Virus record (IMG/VR): IMGVR_UViG_3300028454_001266
Length of the DNA: 64,000 bases
From: an uncultured virus (IMG/VR IMGVR_UViG_3300028454_001266)
Taxonomy: Duplodnaviria; Heunggongvirae; Uroviricota; Caudoviricetes
Strand: one strand, 5' to 3'
Both the position numbers and the translations under genes were made by a program. The notes below the pieces were generated by a model, which searched no databases, was not told where the DNA came from, and worked only from the letters and a program-made list of their open reading frames with translations. Of the stretch, positions 53,716-62,557 are shown in pieces (positions within the stretch are counted from its first letter, which is position 1; the number at the start of each line of letters is the position of its first letter).

Positions 53716-55651
53716 ATGAACCATCCTTTGCAGTTATTACAATCGCGTCGCACGGCGTGGGCTGGAACTGCTCGGGTATCGGAGCGGCAGTGGGTTTCGG
53801 CTGCGCGTCCGGCTCGGGAACGGGTTCCGGCTTCGTCTGCACGACGGTCATGGCGGTTTTCCCCTGCATTGATAAAGCCCGGCTGGTCTTCCAGTCGGGC
53901 TCGTGCAGGATCGCTTTGGAGCTTTTCAGCTTCTTGTATTCGGGATGATGGGAGTAGTCAAAGCGCTTGGCTTTGAGCACCTTCTGGCCGCGAATGAAGA
54001 CCAGTTCATCATCCGGTGGGATACGCAAGACCTCATCCGGGGTCATCAGCTGCCTGCGGCCGAGGGTGTTGGACTTGCGGTAGGTTGGTGTGTAGTTTGA
54101 GATGCGCATGGTGTTGAGGTCGCGCATGGTGCCTTCCACCTCGACCGAGGCGACGCCGATGCGGTCGCTGATGTATTCGGCCGTGAGGATGTCCGTACAG
54201 CCGAGGAAGACGGTGGAATCGCAGGAACCGATGATCTCCTGCCACTGGTCATCGGGGTAGCGGTTCTTCATCTGACCGACATTCTGAAAAAAGACTGCGA
54301 CAGACACGCCGCGCGAGCGGATGGTGCTGCACTTTTTCGTGAAATCGGGGATCAGGCAGCAGTTCGGGAACTCGTCCAGGACGAACTTGACTTTCGTACC
54401 CAACACACCGCCGTCGCAGTAGCTGTCAGCGTAGCGGATCAGCTTGATAAACAGGAAGCTGAAGAACAGCGAGCTGAGGAAGTCAAAGGTGCTGTCCTGG
54501 TCGGATACGATGCAGAAGTACGCACACTTTTTCCGACCAGGGAGCTCCAGATCGATCTCGTTGTACGAGGTGATGTCCCGCACCTGCTGCGCCTGCATGA
54601 CCGAGAGCTTGCTGCCAAGACCGATAATCACGCTGGAGCGGACAGTCTCGCTCGATTGCAGGAACAGCGAGTACGGCGCGGCGGCGGGTGACGGCGGGAG
54701 CCATTCCCCGGTCTTCTTGTTCTTGTGCCGCGTGCGGACATACGCCATCTCCGCCGTGAGCGATTTCTCGTCCGTGTTGCAGAGCAGGTCGTAGATTGTG
54801 GCAAGGTTCCGTTCTTCGGGCGGACACTCCAGCGCCACATAGAGCACCAGAGCCTTGAGCAGATTGAGTTCAGCATTGTACCAGAACGCGTCGGCATCGC
54901 CGGTCATGTTTCTCAGCACGGTATCCGCCAGAGTCTGCGCCATCAGCTCGCTGTTGCCGATCTCGCCGAGACAGTTCCATGAGTCGCTGTGTTCCATCTG
55001 CACGAGATTGAACACGCGGACCTCATAGCCCGCATCGCGGAGGTACTGGCTCATGGACTCGTAGAGCTCGGACTTCGGATCGGTCACGACGACTGACTCG
55101 CCGCGTTTGGCTGCCTGAAGGATCAGGTTGCGGGAGATGGATCGGGACTTGCCGGTGCCGCTCGCGCCGCACACCGCAAGGTTGGCGTTGAGTCGGGTGT
55201 GCTCCGGGAGCGTGATGACCTTGCCGTTCAATGTGCCGAGGATGTCCATGGTCGCTTTCGAGGCGGTTGTGATCTCGAAACAGTTCGCGGCTTCTCTGTC
55301 GCTCATGAACGCTGCCGTGCCGTAGCTGCCGGAGCTGGATACGGTGAAGTTTCGCTCACGATCCGTGATGCCGGAGCTGCCCCAGCCGAGGCGGAGGCCG
55401 AAGACGCAGAGAACGGCGACACCGACCAGCACGATTCCGATGGCGATCAGGCCCTCGGGGAAATGGATCAGCGCACGCAGGGATATGAGAGGGTTCAGCG
55501 ATGGGAGCCCCGGCGATACGCGGTAGTCGCTTCCGGCTGCCTTCCATGCGTTGACGTTGATCATGAACTGAGCAATGATCCCGGCAATGTAGAGCAGAAC
55601 CGGCGCAAGAATGCCGATGCTCAGGATGCCGAGCGCTTTATGCTGTTTCAT
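53636..55651 (-). CDS. virD4: VirD4/TraG type IV coupling protein
   Basis: Two N-terminal TMs, GASGTGKS, TDPKSE, LDEFPN, RQLMTPDEV. Confidence 0.93.
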   Translation of the reverse strand: MKQHKALGILSIGILAPVLLYIAGIIAQFMINVNAWKAAGSDYRVSPGLPSLNPLISLRALIHFPEGLIAIGIVLVGVAVLCVFGLRLGWGSSGITDRERNFTVSSSGSYGTAAFMSDREAANCFEITTASKATMDILGTLNGKVITLPEHTRLNANLAVCGASGTGKSRSISRNLILQAAKRGESVVVTDPKSELYESMSQYLRDAGYEVRVFNLVQMEHSDSWNCLGEIGNSELMAQTLADTVLRNMTGDADAFWYNAELNLLKALVLYVALECPPEERNLATIYDLLCNTDEKSLTAEMAYVRTRHKNKKTGEWLPPSPAAAPYSLFLQSSETVRSSVIIGLGSKLSVMQAQQVRDITSYNEIDLELPGRKKCAYFCIVSDQDSTFDFLSSLFFSFLFIKLIRYADSYCDGGVLGTKVKFVLDEFPNCCLIPDFTKKCSTIRSRGVSVAVFFQNVGQMKNRYPDDQWQEIIGSCDSTVFLGCTDILTAEYISDRIGVASVEVEGTMRDLNTMRISNYTPTYRKSNTLGRRQLMTPDEVLRIPPDDELVFIRGQKVLKAKRFDYSHHPEYKKLKSSKAILHEPDWKTSRALSMQGKTAMTVVQTKPEPVPEPDAQPKPTAAPIPEQFQPTPCDAIVITAKDGSYAQEKKRKRGSGKGNASRDRPGATDH

Positions 55652-56763
55652 GGCGATCCTCCGGTGATCGGCCGCACCTCAATCGATGGCTTGACGATTG
55701 TTTGCAGGACGTCTGCCTGATAGTCATAGCAGAGCACGATTGGCGTCTGTCCCTTCTGGAATCCGGGTGGGGCTTCGTCCATGTTGATCAGATCCTTCAG
55801 GTCACACTGATAGCCCAGCGTGACCGGGCGAAGTCCGTCCGGGGTGATTGCGTCATACCTTGCGTTCTCATAGGCTGGGAGTCGGTAGCCCGTGAGGAAC
55901 CTGCGGTCTTCCGCTAAGCTCGCCTCAGGATCTATGATGATCCGCAGCAGCGCGTCACCGTTAAAGTCGTTGGTCAGGAAGTAGCAGTTGTTGACCTCGT
56001 TGGTTATGACGAAATACCTGCTTTGCCCGTCAACGCCCATCCGCGCAATCCGCTTAGCAACGCGCATGTTGTTGCCGATGACCACCTGACTTGTAATCTC
56101 CGTGTGGAACCCGCGAGCGCTCAGGAGTGAATTGATGGATGCGACAGTGTTGTGCTCCTCGTTATTCATCCAGTACATCCGGCTGTAGCCCGTGTTGTAC
56201 AGACAGAACAGACGCTCGCCGTGGACAATGATCCCGATGAGGCGAGTGGTTTTTGGATTTGTTTTCCAGTTGAGTTCCCTGATGGCGCTTCGGATCTCCT
56301 GCGGGGAGAAGAAGTAGGACGTGTCCGGGTCAATGGCCGGATGCGGATTGTAGGTCTTGAGCATGAGGCTGGGTTTCTGCTCGGGGAACACAACGGCCCC
56401 GGCGTTGACGCTCATGACAAAGCCCGCTGCCAGAGAATGCGCACGGGACATCTTCTCAAGCCCTGCATGAGACAGAGCGTTCTCATCCATCTTGGACAGA
56501 ACCCGCCGCCCGCTCAGCTCATCCCTTGTCCCCAGATATTCAAGTCCGGCATCTGTGAGCCTGAGCGATCTCAGAATCCTCTGCCGGTACTTGCCCCGAT
56601 ACATTGTGACATAGCCTTTCTCCAACGCCCGATAGACCACATGACGGTTCCAGTCCCAGTGCCCGGCAATCCGACTTGCCAGATAAACAGGAAACTCACC
56701 GCAGTACCCGACGTAGAAGAGCAATTCAACCATGCGGTTGAAACCATTCGTAAGCAAAAGCAT
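55648..56763 (-). CDS. Replic_Relax-like (winged-helix) protein, candidate relaxase
   Basis: ALEKGYV...SLRLTDAGLEYL...RAHSLA pattern; overlaps the virD4 start; ATG 56763 with GAGGTG. Confidence 0.5.
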   Translation of the reverse strand: MLLLTNGFNRMVELLFYVGYCGEFPVYLASRIAGHWDWNRHVVYRALEKGYVTMYRGKYRQRILRSLRLTDAGLEYLGTRDELSGRRVLSKMDENALSHAGLEKMSRAHSLAAGFVMSVNAGAVVFPEQKPSLMLKTYNPHPAIDPDTSYFFSPQEIRSAIRELNWKTNPKTTRLIGIIVHGERLFCLYNTGYSRMYWMNNEEHNTVASINSLLSARGFHTEITSQVVIGNNMRVAKRIARMGVDGQSRYFVITNEVNNCYFLTNDFNGDALLRIIIDPEASLAEDRRFLTGYRLPAYENARYDAITPDGLRPVTLGYQCDLKDLINMDEAPPGFQKGQTPIVLCYDYQADVLQTIVKPSIEVRPITGGSP

Positions 56764-56889
56764 CACCTCGTAGTAATGAATCGTGAGCCTGCCTTGAGCC
56801 TGCGAGAAGGCTGCCTCTGTAACCGATAACCCGATTGACATGAGACGCTTCCCGCCCCAACTCAAAAAGACCCAGTTTTGTTTTTTCGT

Positions 56890-56958
56890 GATTTCCATAC
56901 CGAAATCCGGGAGCCCTGAAGCGGGTTTTCGCTTTTTTCGATTTCGATACCGAAATCC
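56890..56958. repeat. Two 19-bp palindromic direct repeats, 50 bp apart
   Basis: GATTTCCATACCGAAATCC (56890) and GATTTCGATACCGAAATCC (56940). Confidence 0.8.
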
Positions 56959-56978
56959 ACTTCATTTTCAAAACAGAT

Positions 56979-57638
56979 TTAGGTATGGGTTTTGATGTGT
57001 TCCGCAACCCACAACTGGAGCGCTTCAGGGGCCATGAGGTAGAACTTTGTGCAGTCCCGGTCGCTCATAACCGTGCTCTGAAGCACCGTGCAGAGTAGCG
57101 CGCTGTCGTTCGTCAGGAGCACCGACTCGATCACGTCCAGATAGCGCTTGGTCTCGATGTTGTCATAGTCGCGTACCCTGCGGATGCCGAGCGCCTCGTC
57201 ATAGCAGTGCTCGATGCAGATCGCGCAGTGCTCAAACCGTTCAATGGGGTTCTCGCGCTGGAACTGGACAAGGCTGTTGCGCAGCGGCCTCGTGATATAG
57301 CTGGTGTTGTCGCGGGTGTTCCGCTTGGGCAGGATCGCAGGCACCGTGATGACGAGCCACTTGCGCTCCTCCACAATGCTGATGCCCATCTCACCGGCCA
57401 TCGTCTCGTAGAACGGAGTCCCGCTCCCGCGAGCAGTGTGCCCCGCGAGATTGCGCAGCTTGACGGTGTTTTTCTCCGCGATTCGTACCAGACTGTACAG
57501 CTTGCTTTCGGGGTTGTAGTCCTGAATGTCCTCACAGGCATGGGAGATGTCGAACAGTCCCTGACTCACAGCGTCAAAATCAGACGCAGCTTCCTTGAGA
57601 GAAGCGATAAAAGTTGAATTTCTCATGTTTTTCCTCAC
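56979..57638 (-). CDS. Conserved ICE hypothetical protein (RusA-like DYDN motif)
   Basis: RVRDYDNIETKRYLDVI...TND pattern. Confidence 0.7.
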   Translation of the reverse strand: MRKNMRNSTFIASLKEAASDFDAVSQGLFDISHACEDIQDYNPESKLYSLVRIAEKNTVKLRNLAGHTARGSGTPFYETMAGEMGISIVEERKWLVITVPAILPKRNTRDNTSYITRPLRNSLVQFQRENPIERFEHCAICIEHCYDEALGIRRVRDYDNIETKRYLDVIESVLLTNDSALLCTVLQSTVMSDRDCTKFYLMAPEALQLWVAEHIKTHT

Positions 57639-58171
57639 AATCTGTATAGATTTACCTTTCCTTCCGGCGTGACCAGCGCCGCGAAATCGTTGTTGAAGCG
57701 ATGTAAGACGCCTTCGTACTCGGACAGTTCGCGTCCGACGAGGAACCTCACAGCGTCGTCCGGCATAAGATCGGCTTGGGCGTTGATTGCCTCAATGCCC
57801 ACGTTGACTGGGATAAGGTCGTAGGTGGTTGCGCCGTTTGATACGATGATGACCGTGGGCGGAGGCCCGATGCTGAACTCGCGCACGTTGTTTTTGATGT
57901 ACTTGAATGCTGAGAAGCAGAGGATTCGGCCTTCGATGTCTATTCGCTCAAAGAGCGGCCTGCTGCTGAAGATGAAGTGCTTATCCTCGGACCACGAAAT
58001 CACACCGTCGTGCTGAAATTCCTTGATGATCCGCAGGTAGCTCCTGCTTGGGAGGAAGTCAAACAGCTCACGGAGCTGCTGATCCTCGATTACGCCGAAG
58101 ATAGATACCAGATTCAGGATTGCGATTCCTTCCTTGCCCTTGACTGCCTCGGCAAAGGACATTTTTGCCAC
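57635..58171 (-). CDS. Conserved ICE hypothetical protein (winged-helix-like N-terminus)
   Basis: 178-aa ORF, AGGAGG RBS, overlaps the next gene. Confidence 0.7.
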   Translation of the reverse strand: MAKMSFAEAVKGKEGIAILNLVSIFGVIEDQQLRELFDFLPSRSYLRIIKEFQHDGVISWSEDKHFIFSSRPLFERIDIEGRILCFSAFKYIKNNVREFSIGPPPTVIIVSNGATTYDLIPVNVGIEAINAQADLMPDDAVRFLVGRELSEYEGVLHRFNNDFAALVTPEGKVNLYRL

Positions 58172-58175
58172 CTCC

Positions 58176-58292
58176 TAGGGTCGTAGTTAGTTGAACTATA
58201 AGTTGAACTATAATTTGGGTCACGTTATAGGGACGCTATAGTTCAACGGGGATTTTTTAGGGTCGCAGTTAGTTGAACTATAAGTTGAACTA
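58176..58292. repeat. Iteron-like repeat cluster
   Basis: 35-bp direct repeat (58176-58210 and 58258-58292, 1 mismatch), each with two AGTTGAACTA(TA) units, plus an inverted TATAGTTCAAC at 58237-58247. Confidence 0.9.
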
Positions 58293-58336
58293 ACTCGGCT
58301 CATCGCCCGACTGAGCGGAATCGGTGAGCGATACCG

Positions 58337-61195
58337 TTATGTGGCATCGCTCACCATCTGGCTCAGCTCGAAGCGATCCGTCGTGATGAGCTGTTTTTCG
58401 AGCTTTGAGGCCTTGAACTCGACCGTGATATGGTTACTGTTCGTGCTGATCAGGCCATTGCCGCGCTCAAAGCGGGTGATGTTGGAAACCTCGGCGTCCG
58501 TCAGCTTCAGAGTGTCCTGGACGCGCATGGCCTCGTCGTCCTCAAGGTTGAGAATGATTTTGGTTTTGGCGTTGTTGATAATGCCTTTGCCGTATTTGCC
58601 GCCGTCCAGAGCCAGAAAATCATTTAAGTCCTGCGTCGCCGCGATTGCCGCGCCGCCATACCCTCGAATGATTTTGAAGATCTCAAGGCAGAACTCTGCT
58701 GCCATTGCGTTGCTCCCGGCTCCGACAAGCTGCCAGATCTCGTCGATGAAGATGGCTTTTTCCACTGTGCGGTCTTCTTTTGCCTTATCCCAAACGAAAT
58801 CCAGAGCAACAAACATGCCAACGGTCAGCAGGTCTCCGGTCAATTCGGAGATATCGAGGACAGTATATGGGTTCGACAGGTCTACATTGGTCTGCTGATT
58901 GAACGTCTTCGCGCTGCCATGGACCAGCCGGTTGAGGATGTTGCCCATGCGCCGGGTCTCCGGGGATTCCATGAGCAGGTTGTAGACATCCTCCAGAAGC
59001 GGCATCTCGCGGTACTTTGCCGGGTTGCCGGGGTCGATCAGAGAGTCATTGTCGTGGGTGATGCCCTTGCCGGCATAGGTTCGGATTAGGGTTTCGTCCA
59101 GGAGCTGCTTCTCCTCATGGTTCATGTCCGGAATCAGCAGCGAGAAGAAGATGTGCAGCTGCTGGATCTTCCGGGCGAGGATGGAGTTCTCATTGATTAC
59201 GCCGTCGATGATCGCGTTTGCGGTCTGATCCACACGCCGAATCTCCATGATGTTGATGCACTGCTTGGAGGCTGGGCTGATGCTGATGAACTCGCCGCCC
59301 ACATTCTTGCAGGCGCGCAGGAACTCGTGGCCTTTGAGCGGCGCGATGATATAGATTTGCGTGCCCTTGCGCCGCATCCTGAGCGCCATCAGCTGCATCG
59401 TGAAGGTCTTTCCGGCTCCCGAGGTGCCGATAATCGCCAGATTAGCGTTCTTATAGACTCTGCTGTTGAAAATGTCTACGATCACCAAACTGTTGTTGTG
59501 TTTGTTCACGCCGAGCAGGATGCCGTTCTCGTCGGACATTTCGTAGCTTGTGAACGGATAGCAGCTTGCGGCGGCGGATGTCAGCATGTTCCGCTTGCTG
59601 CGCTCAAACAGCTTCTTGTTGAGGCTGCAAAACGGCATGACAGAGCGCATGGCGTCCTCCTGCCGGAAGAAGCAGACACGGACATCCATATCCTGAGACA
59701 CCATGAGCCGATGCACCTCTGCGATGCGCCACTCCAGATTTTCTGCGGAGTCTGCGGTTACGGTCACGAGGATGCTCGCATAGTAGAAGTCCTCGTAGTT
59801 CGAGAGCCCCTGCTTGAGGAAGTAGCCGGATCGAATCGCACTGTCGATGTCGTCGAAGTCCGTGTTCGTGTCGCTGGCGTCCTTGATTCGGCTGCGGTTG
59901 ATGCGGATCTGCTGGCCGAGCTTCGACTGGATGCGTTCCTTCGGCTCGCGCTCGAAGAAGAAGTCAATGTCGATGCCCTCTCCGGCATTTACCAGAAGCG
60001 ACGTCCAGCCTGCAACCACGCGGGGGTTGTAACCGGCGGACGGGACGATCAGATACGCGTGGTAGATACCGTCCATCACGACATATGAGCCACGCCGCAG
60101 GTCAACGCACTCAGGAGCGAGGATTTTGGACGGCGTGAGCTCGTCGGAGGCGTTCTGGAACCGAAGCTGGCGAACACGCTCAGCCAGTGGCACCGCCTCG
60201 CTGGTCTCGCGGTTGAAGAACGTGTAGAGGACGTCCATCAGGAAGGCGTCCTCGTCGTCGTGGGTGACTACCACGTTGTCGCAGTGCAGAAAATATTGCT
60301 TGGCGGTGCGAGCGGCGGTCTCCAGCGTGGAGACGATCTCGGCATAGTCGTTCTTGCGGTTGTTGAACGCCGGCTCGTACTCAAAGATGAGCAGGAACCG
60401 GCGTGTGATTGCCTCGCGGGTGCCGATGTTCTTGATTAGGTTGTAGTAGTCCATTTGCAGCTCCCGGCACTTGGGATCGGTCTCCCGCGCCATGTCACGC
60501 TCAATGGCCCGGAGGTGCTTGCTAATATCAGCTTTCTTCGTCAGAACCTTGATTTGGAGCTTGACCGGGCTGATCTTGAGCCAGCTCGCGAACGCTGAGA
60601 CGATGTTCTTCTGCTCGCGCGCGCTGCGCAGGAGGAAGTTGATCGGCTCGACCTCAAGGATCTTGATGTACCGATCATCGGTTGTGTGGATGATCCCGTT
60701 CTGGATCTCCGCCACCGGGATCAGGTCTTCGGTTGTCGATTCCTTCTTGCCTCGTCGCTTCACGGGCAGTGCCCGCTTGACAGAGCGTGTGGCGGGTGGC
60801 TGCTGGCGGATTGAGATTCCGAGCTGCTCGGGCGGCGTATGCACGGCGCGGGAGCTGGGCGTGTCCAGGGGCACGCTGCCGGGATCGGTGTCGCTGCGGA
60901 ACAGGACACGCTGGTTGAAGAGCCACTTGACCCAGTTCAGAACGAACTCTGAGAGCGAGTCACCCTCCAAACCGACGATGCCGAACACGCCAAGGGGCAG
61001 CGGAATCAGGCAGAGGAGAATGATGCGGGCGGTCAGGGACAGCGGCAGCTTGATGATCGGAATGCCGGAAAAAAGAACGAGTACGCAGGCTTCAATCGCG
61101 TTGCGTACTCGTATCGCGCCGCCGAACAGACGCCCGCTGGTGAGGAAGTTCGGCGGGATGTAATAGACATCTCTGTTTTCTTCATTGTGGTTCAT
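58337..61195 (-). CDS. virB4: VirB4/TraE-family conjugation ATPase with N-terminal PrgI-like membrane domain
   Basis: GTSGAGKT, FIDEIW, ATQD; N-terminal YYIPPNF...RNAIEA plus two TMs. Confidence 0.92.
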   Translation of the reverse strand: MNHNEENRDVYYIPPNFLTSGRLFGGAIRVRNAIEACVLVLFSGIPIIKLPLSLTARIILLCLIPLPLGVFGIVGLEGDSLSEFVLNWVKWLFNQRVLFRSDTDPGSVPLDTPSSRAVHTPPEQLGISIRQQPPATRSVKRALPVKRRGKKESTTEDLIPVAEIQNGIIHTTDDRYIKILEVEPINFLLRSAREQKNIVSAFASWLKISPVKLQIKVLTKKADISKHLRAIERDMARETDPKCRELQMDYYNLIKNIGTREAITRRFLLIFEYEPAFNNRKNDYAEIVSTLETAARTAKQYFLHCDNVVVTHDDEDAFLMDVLYTFFNRETSEAVPLAERVRQLRFQNASDELTPSKILAPECVDLRRGSYVVMDGIYHAYLIVPSAGYNPRVVAGWTSLLVNAGEGIDIDFFFEREPKERIQSKLGQQIRINRSRIKDASDTNTDFDDIDSAIRSGYFLKQGLSNYEDFYYASILVTVTADSAENLEWRIAEVHRLMVSQDMDVRVCFFRQEDAMRSVMPFCSLNKKLFERSKRNMLTSAAASCYPFTSYEMSDENGILLGVNKHNNSLVIVDIFNSRVYKNANLAIIGTSGAGKTFTMQLMALRMRRKGTQIYIIAPLKGHEFLRACKNVGGEFISISPASKQCINIMEIRRVDQTANAIIDGVINENSILARKIQQLHIFFSLLIPDMNHEEKQLLDETLIRTYAGKGITHDNDSLIDPGNPAKYREMPLLEDVYNLLMESPETRRMGNILNRLVHGSAKTFNQQTNVDLSNPYTVLDISELTGDLLTVGMFVALDFVWDKAKEDRTVEKAIFIDEIWQLVGAGSNAMAAEFCLEIFKIIRGYGGAAIAATQDLNDFLALDGGKYGKGIINNAKTKIILNLEDDEAMRVQDTLKLTDAEVSNITRFERGNGLISTNSNHITVEFKASKLEKQLITTDRFELSQMVSDAT

Positions 61196-61207
61196 GATTA
61201 CCTCCGC

Positions 61208-62557
61208 TCAGTTGCTGATGATCCAGAACGGACAGTCGCCGGAAGCGTTTCGGCTGGCTTCGGAGGTTATGATCGCCATATCCCATTCCGTGCCGGATCT
61301 GCTGCGGCTTGCGGGATCGGCGACCAGCACCTTGCCGTCCGATGTTACTCCGCGCAGGACGATGAAGTGGCCGTGCTTGGTGAAATGCCCCGGCCCCATG
61401 ATCGCCACGACGAGCTTCCCGCTGGAGAGCGCGTCAATAAGCGGCTGCGGACTGGTACGAGGCGAGGCGGTTACGCTCAGGCCCCACGCCTGCGCAGCGC
61501 CGGTGACAACTGAGTTGTACGATCCGCTCTTGCTGCACCAGTGCCCGTTCTCATACGCCCACTGCGCCATGTGCGGCGGGTCCACGGTCTCGGAGGTCAG
61601 GCTGGAGACTACCATCGCCATGGATGTCGGGCCGCAGCCGTAATGCCCGATGTCGTCGGTGCCGTAGGGCAGATCCTTCCAACGCTCGTCCATCTGGTTG
61701 TAGTAGACGACCGGCGTAGACCCGTCTGAGAATACCACACCGACGTAGGAGACGCCCAAAGACGTGAACTCGGTGTCCGAGAGCCCCTGATAGCTGCCGT
61801 CGCTGAGCAGCACCGACAGATTCTGGGCATAGTTGACAGCCAGACTTTTCTGGGCATCGGTCAGGGAGAAGATGCTGTCCTCGAAGTACGCCTCGCCGTT
61901 ATATGAAATGGTATAAATACGGACAGTGATGGTTATCTTCTCGACTTCGTGGGTCTCGGGATCGGGCTCACCGTCCACCTCACGCTGCTCGTCACGATAG
62001 GTGAATGAGTAGAACTTGTCCTTGTTGTCACGGATCAGCGTCAGCAGTTCGTCCTTGGAGATGGACTCGACATCCGCATCTTTGCTGGCACAGTACATCG
62101 AAATGAAGTAGTTCGCGTTGAAGCGGACGTCCGAGCCATACGGATTATTGATCTCTTTCTGATCACAGCCGGACGCGGCGAAGTCCGCGTCAATGCGCTC
62201 CAGAACGTCAGCAAGGCCCTCGGAAAGCACTGAGCTGATGCCGTTGTTCAATTCGATCATGTTCTGCGTCAGCACCTCGCCGTCCGCGATCCCGTTCTTG
62301 GTATCTGACCCGTCACCGAAGATTGCGCCGAATATGATGGTCGGGAGCATAGCGATGATGATGACGGGGATCAGCAGCACACAGGCAATGGGTATCAGCC
62401 ACTTCTTCTTGTTCTTTCCAGCGAGGAGGGCTGCTCCAGACAGTCCGCCTGAAGCAGCCCCCTTGACGATGTTCGATACCGCTTTGCCTGTCTTGGCGGC
62501 GGCTTTGGCTGAGGAACCCAGCGAGTTGCGCTGCTCCTGAGTATCTTCGGTTGACAT
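61208..62557 (-). CDS. C39-like peptidase (conjugative cell-wall hydrolase)
   Basis: YYNQ.DERW..PYG, GCGPTSMAMV, GHFIVL, ADP; N-terminal TM. Confidence 0.85.
   Translation of the reverse strand: MSTEDTQEQRNSLGSSAKAAAKTGKAVSNIVKGAASGGLSGAALLAGKNKKKWLIPIACVLLIPVIIIAMLPTIIFGAIFGDGSDTKNGIADGEVLTQNMIELNNGISSVLSEGLADVLERIDADFAASGCDQKEINNPYGSDVRFNANYFISMYCASKDADVESISKDELLTLIRDNKDKFYSFTYRDEQREVDGEPDPETHEVEKITITVRIYTISYNGEAYFEDSIFSLTDAQKSLAVNYAQNLSVLLSDGSYQGLSDTEFTSLGVSYVGVVFSDGSTPVVYYNQMDERWKDLPYGTDDIGHYGCGPTSMAMVVSSLTSETVDPPHMAQWAYENGHWCSKSGSYNSVVTGAAQAWGLSVTASPRTSPQPLIDALSSGKLVVAIMGPGHFTKHGHFIVLRGVTSDGKVLVADPASRSRSGTEWDMAIITSEASRNASGDCPFWIISN

Noticed and set aside
50604..53976. 582-aa and 538-aa plus-strand ORFs
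   Set aside because: Shadow frames of the sortase, hypothetical and S1 genes
58176..58292. Possible mini CRISPR array
   Set aside because: Only two repeats, built from tandem subunits; the spacer contains an inverted subunit; no cas genes
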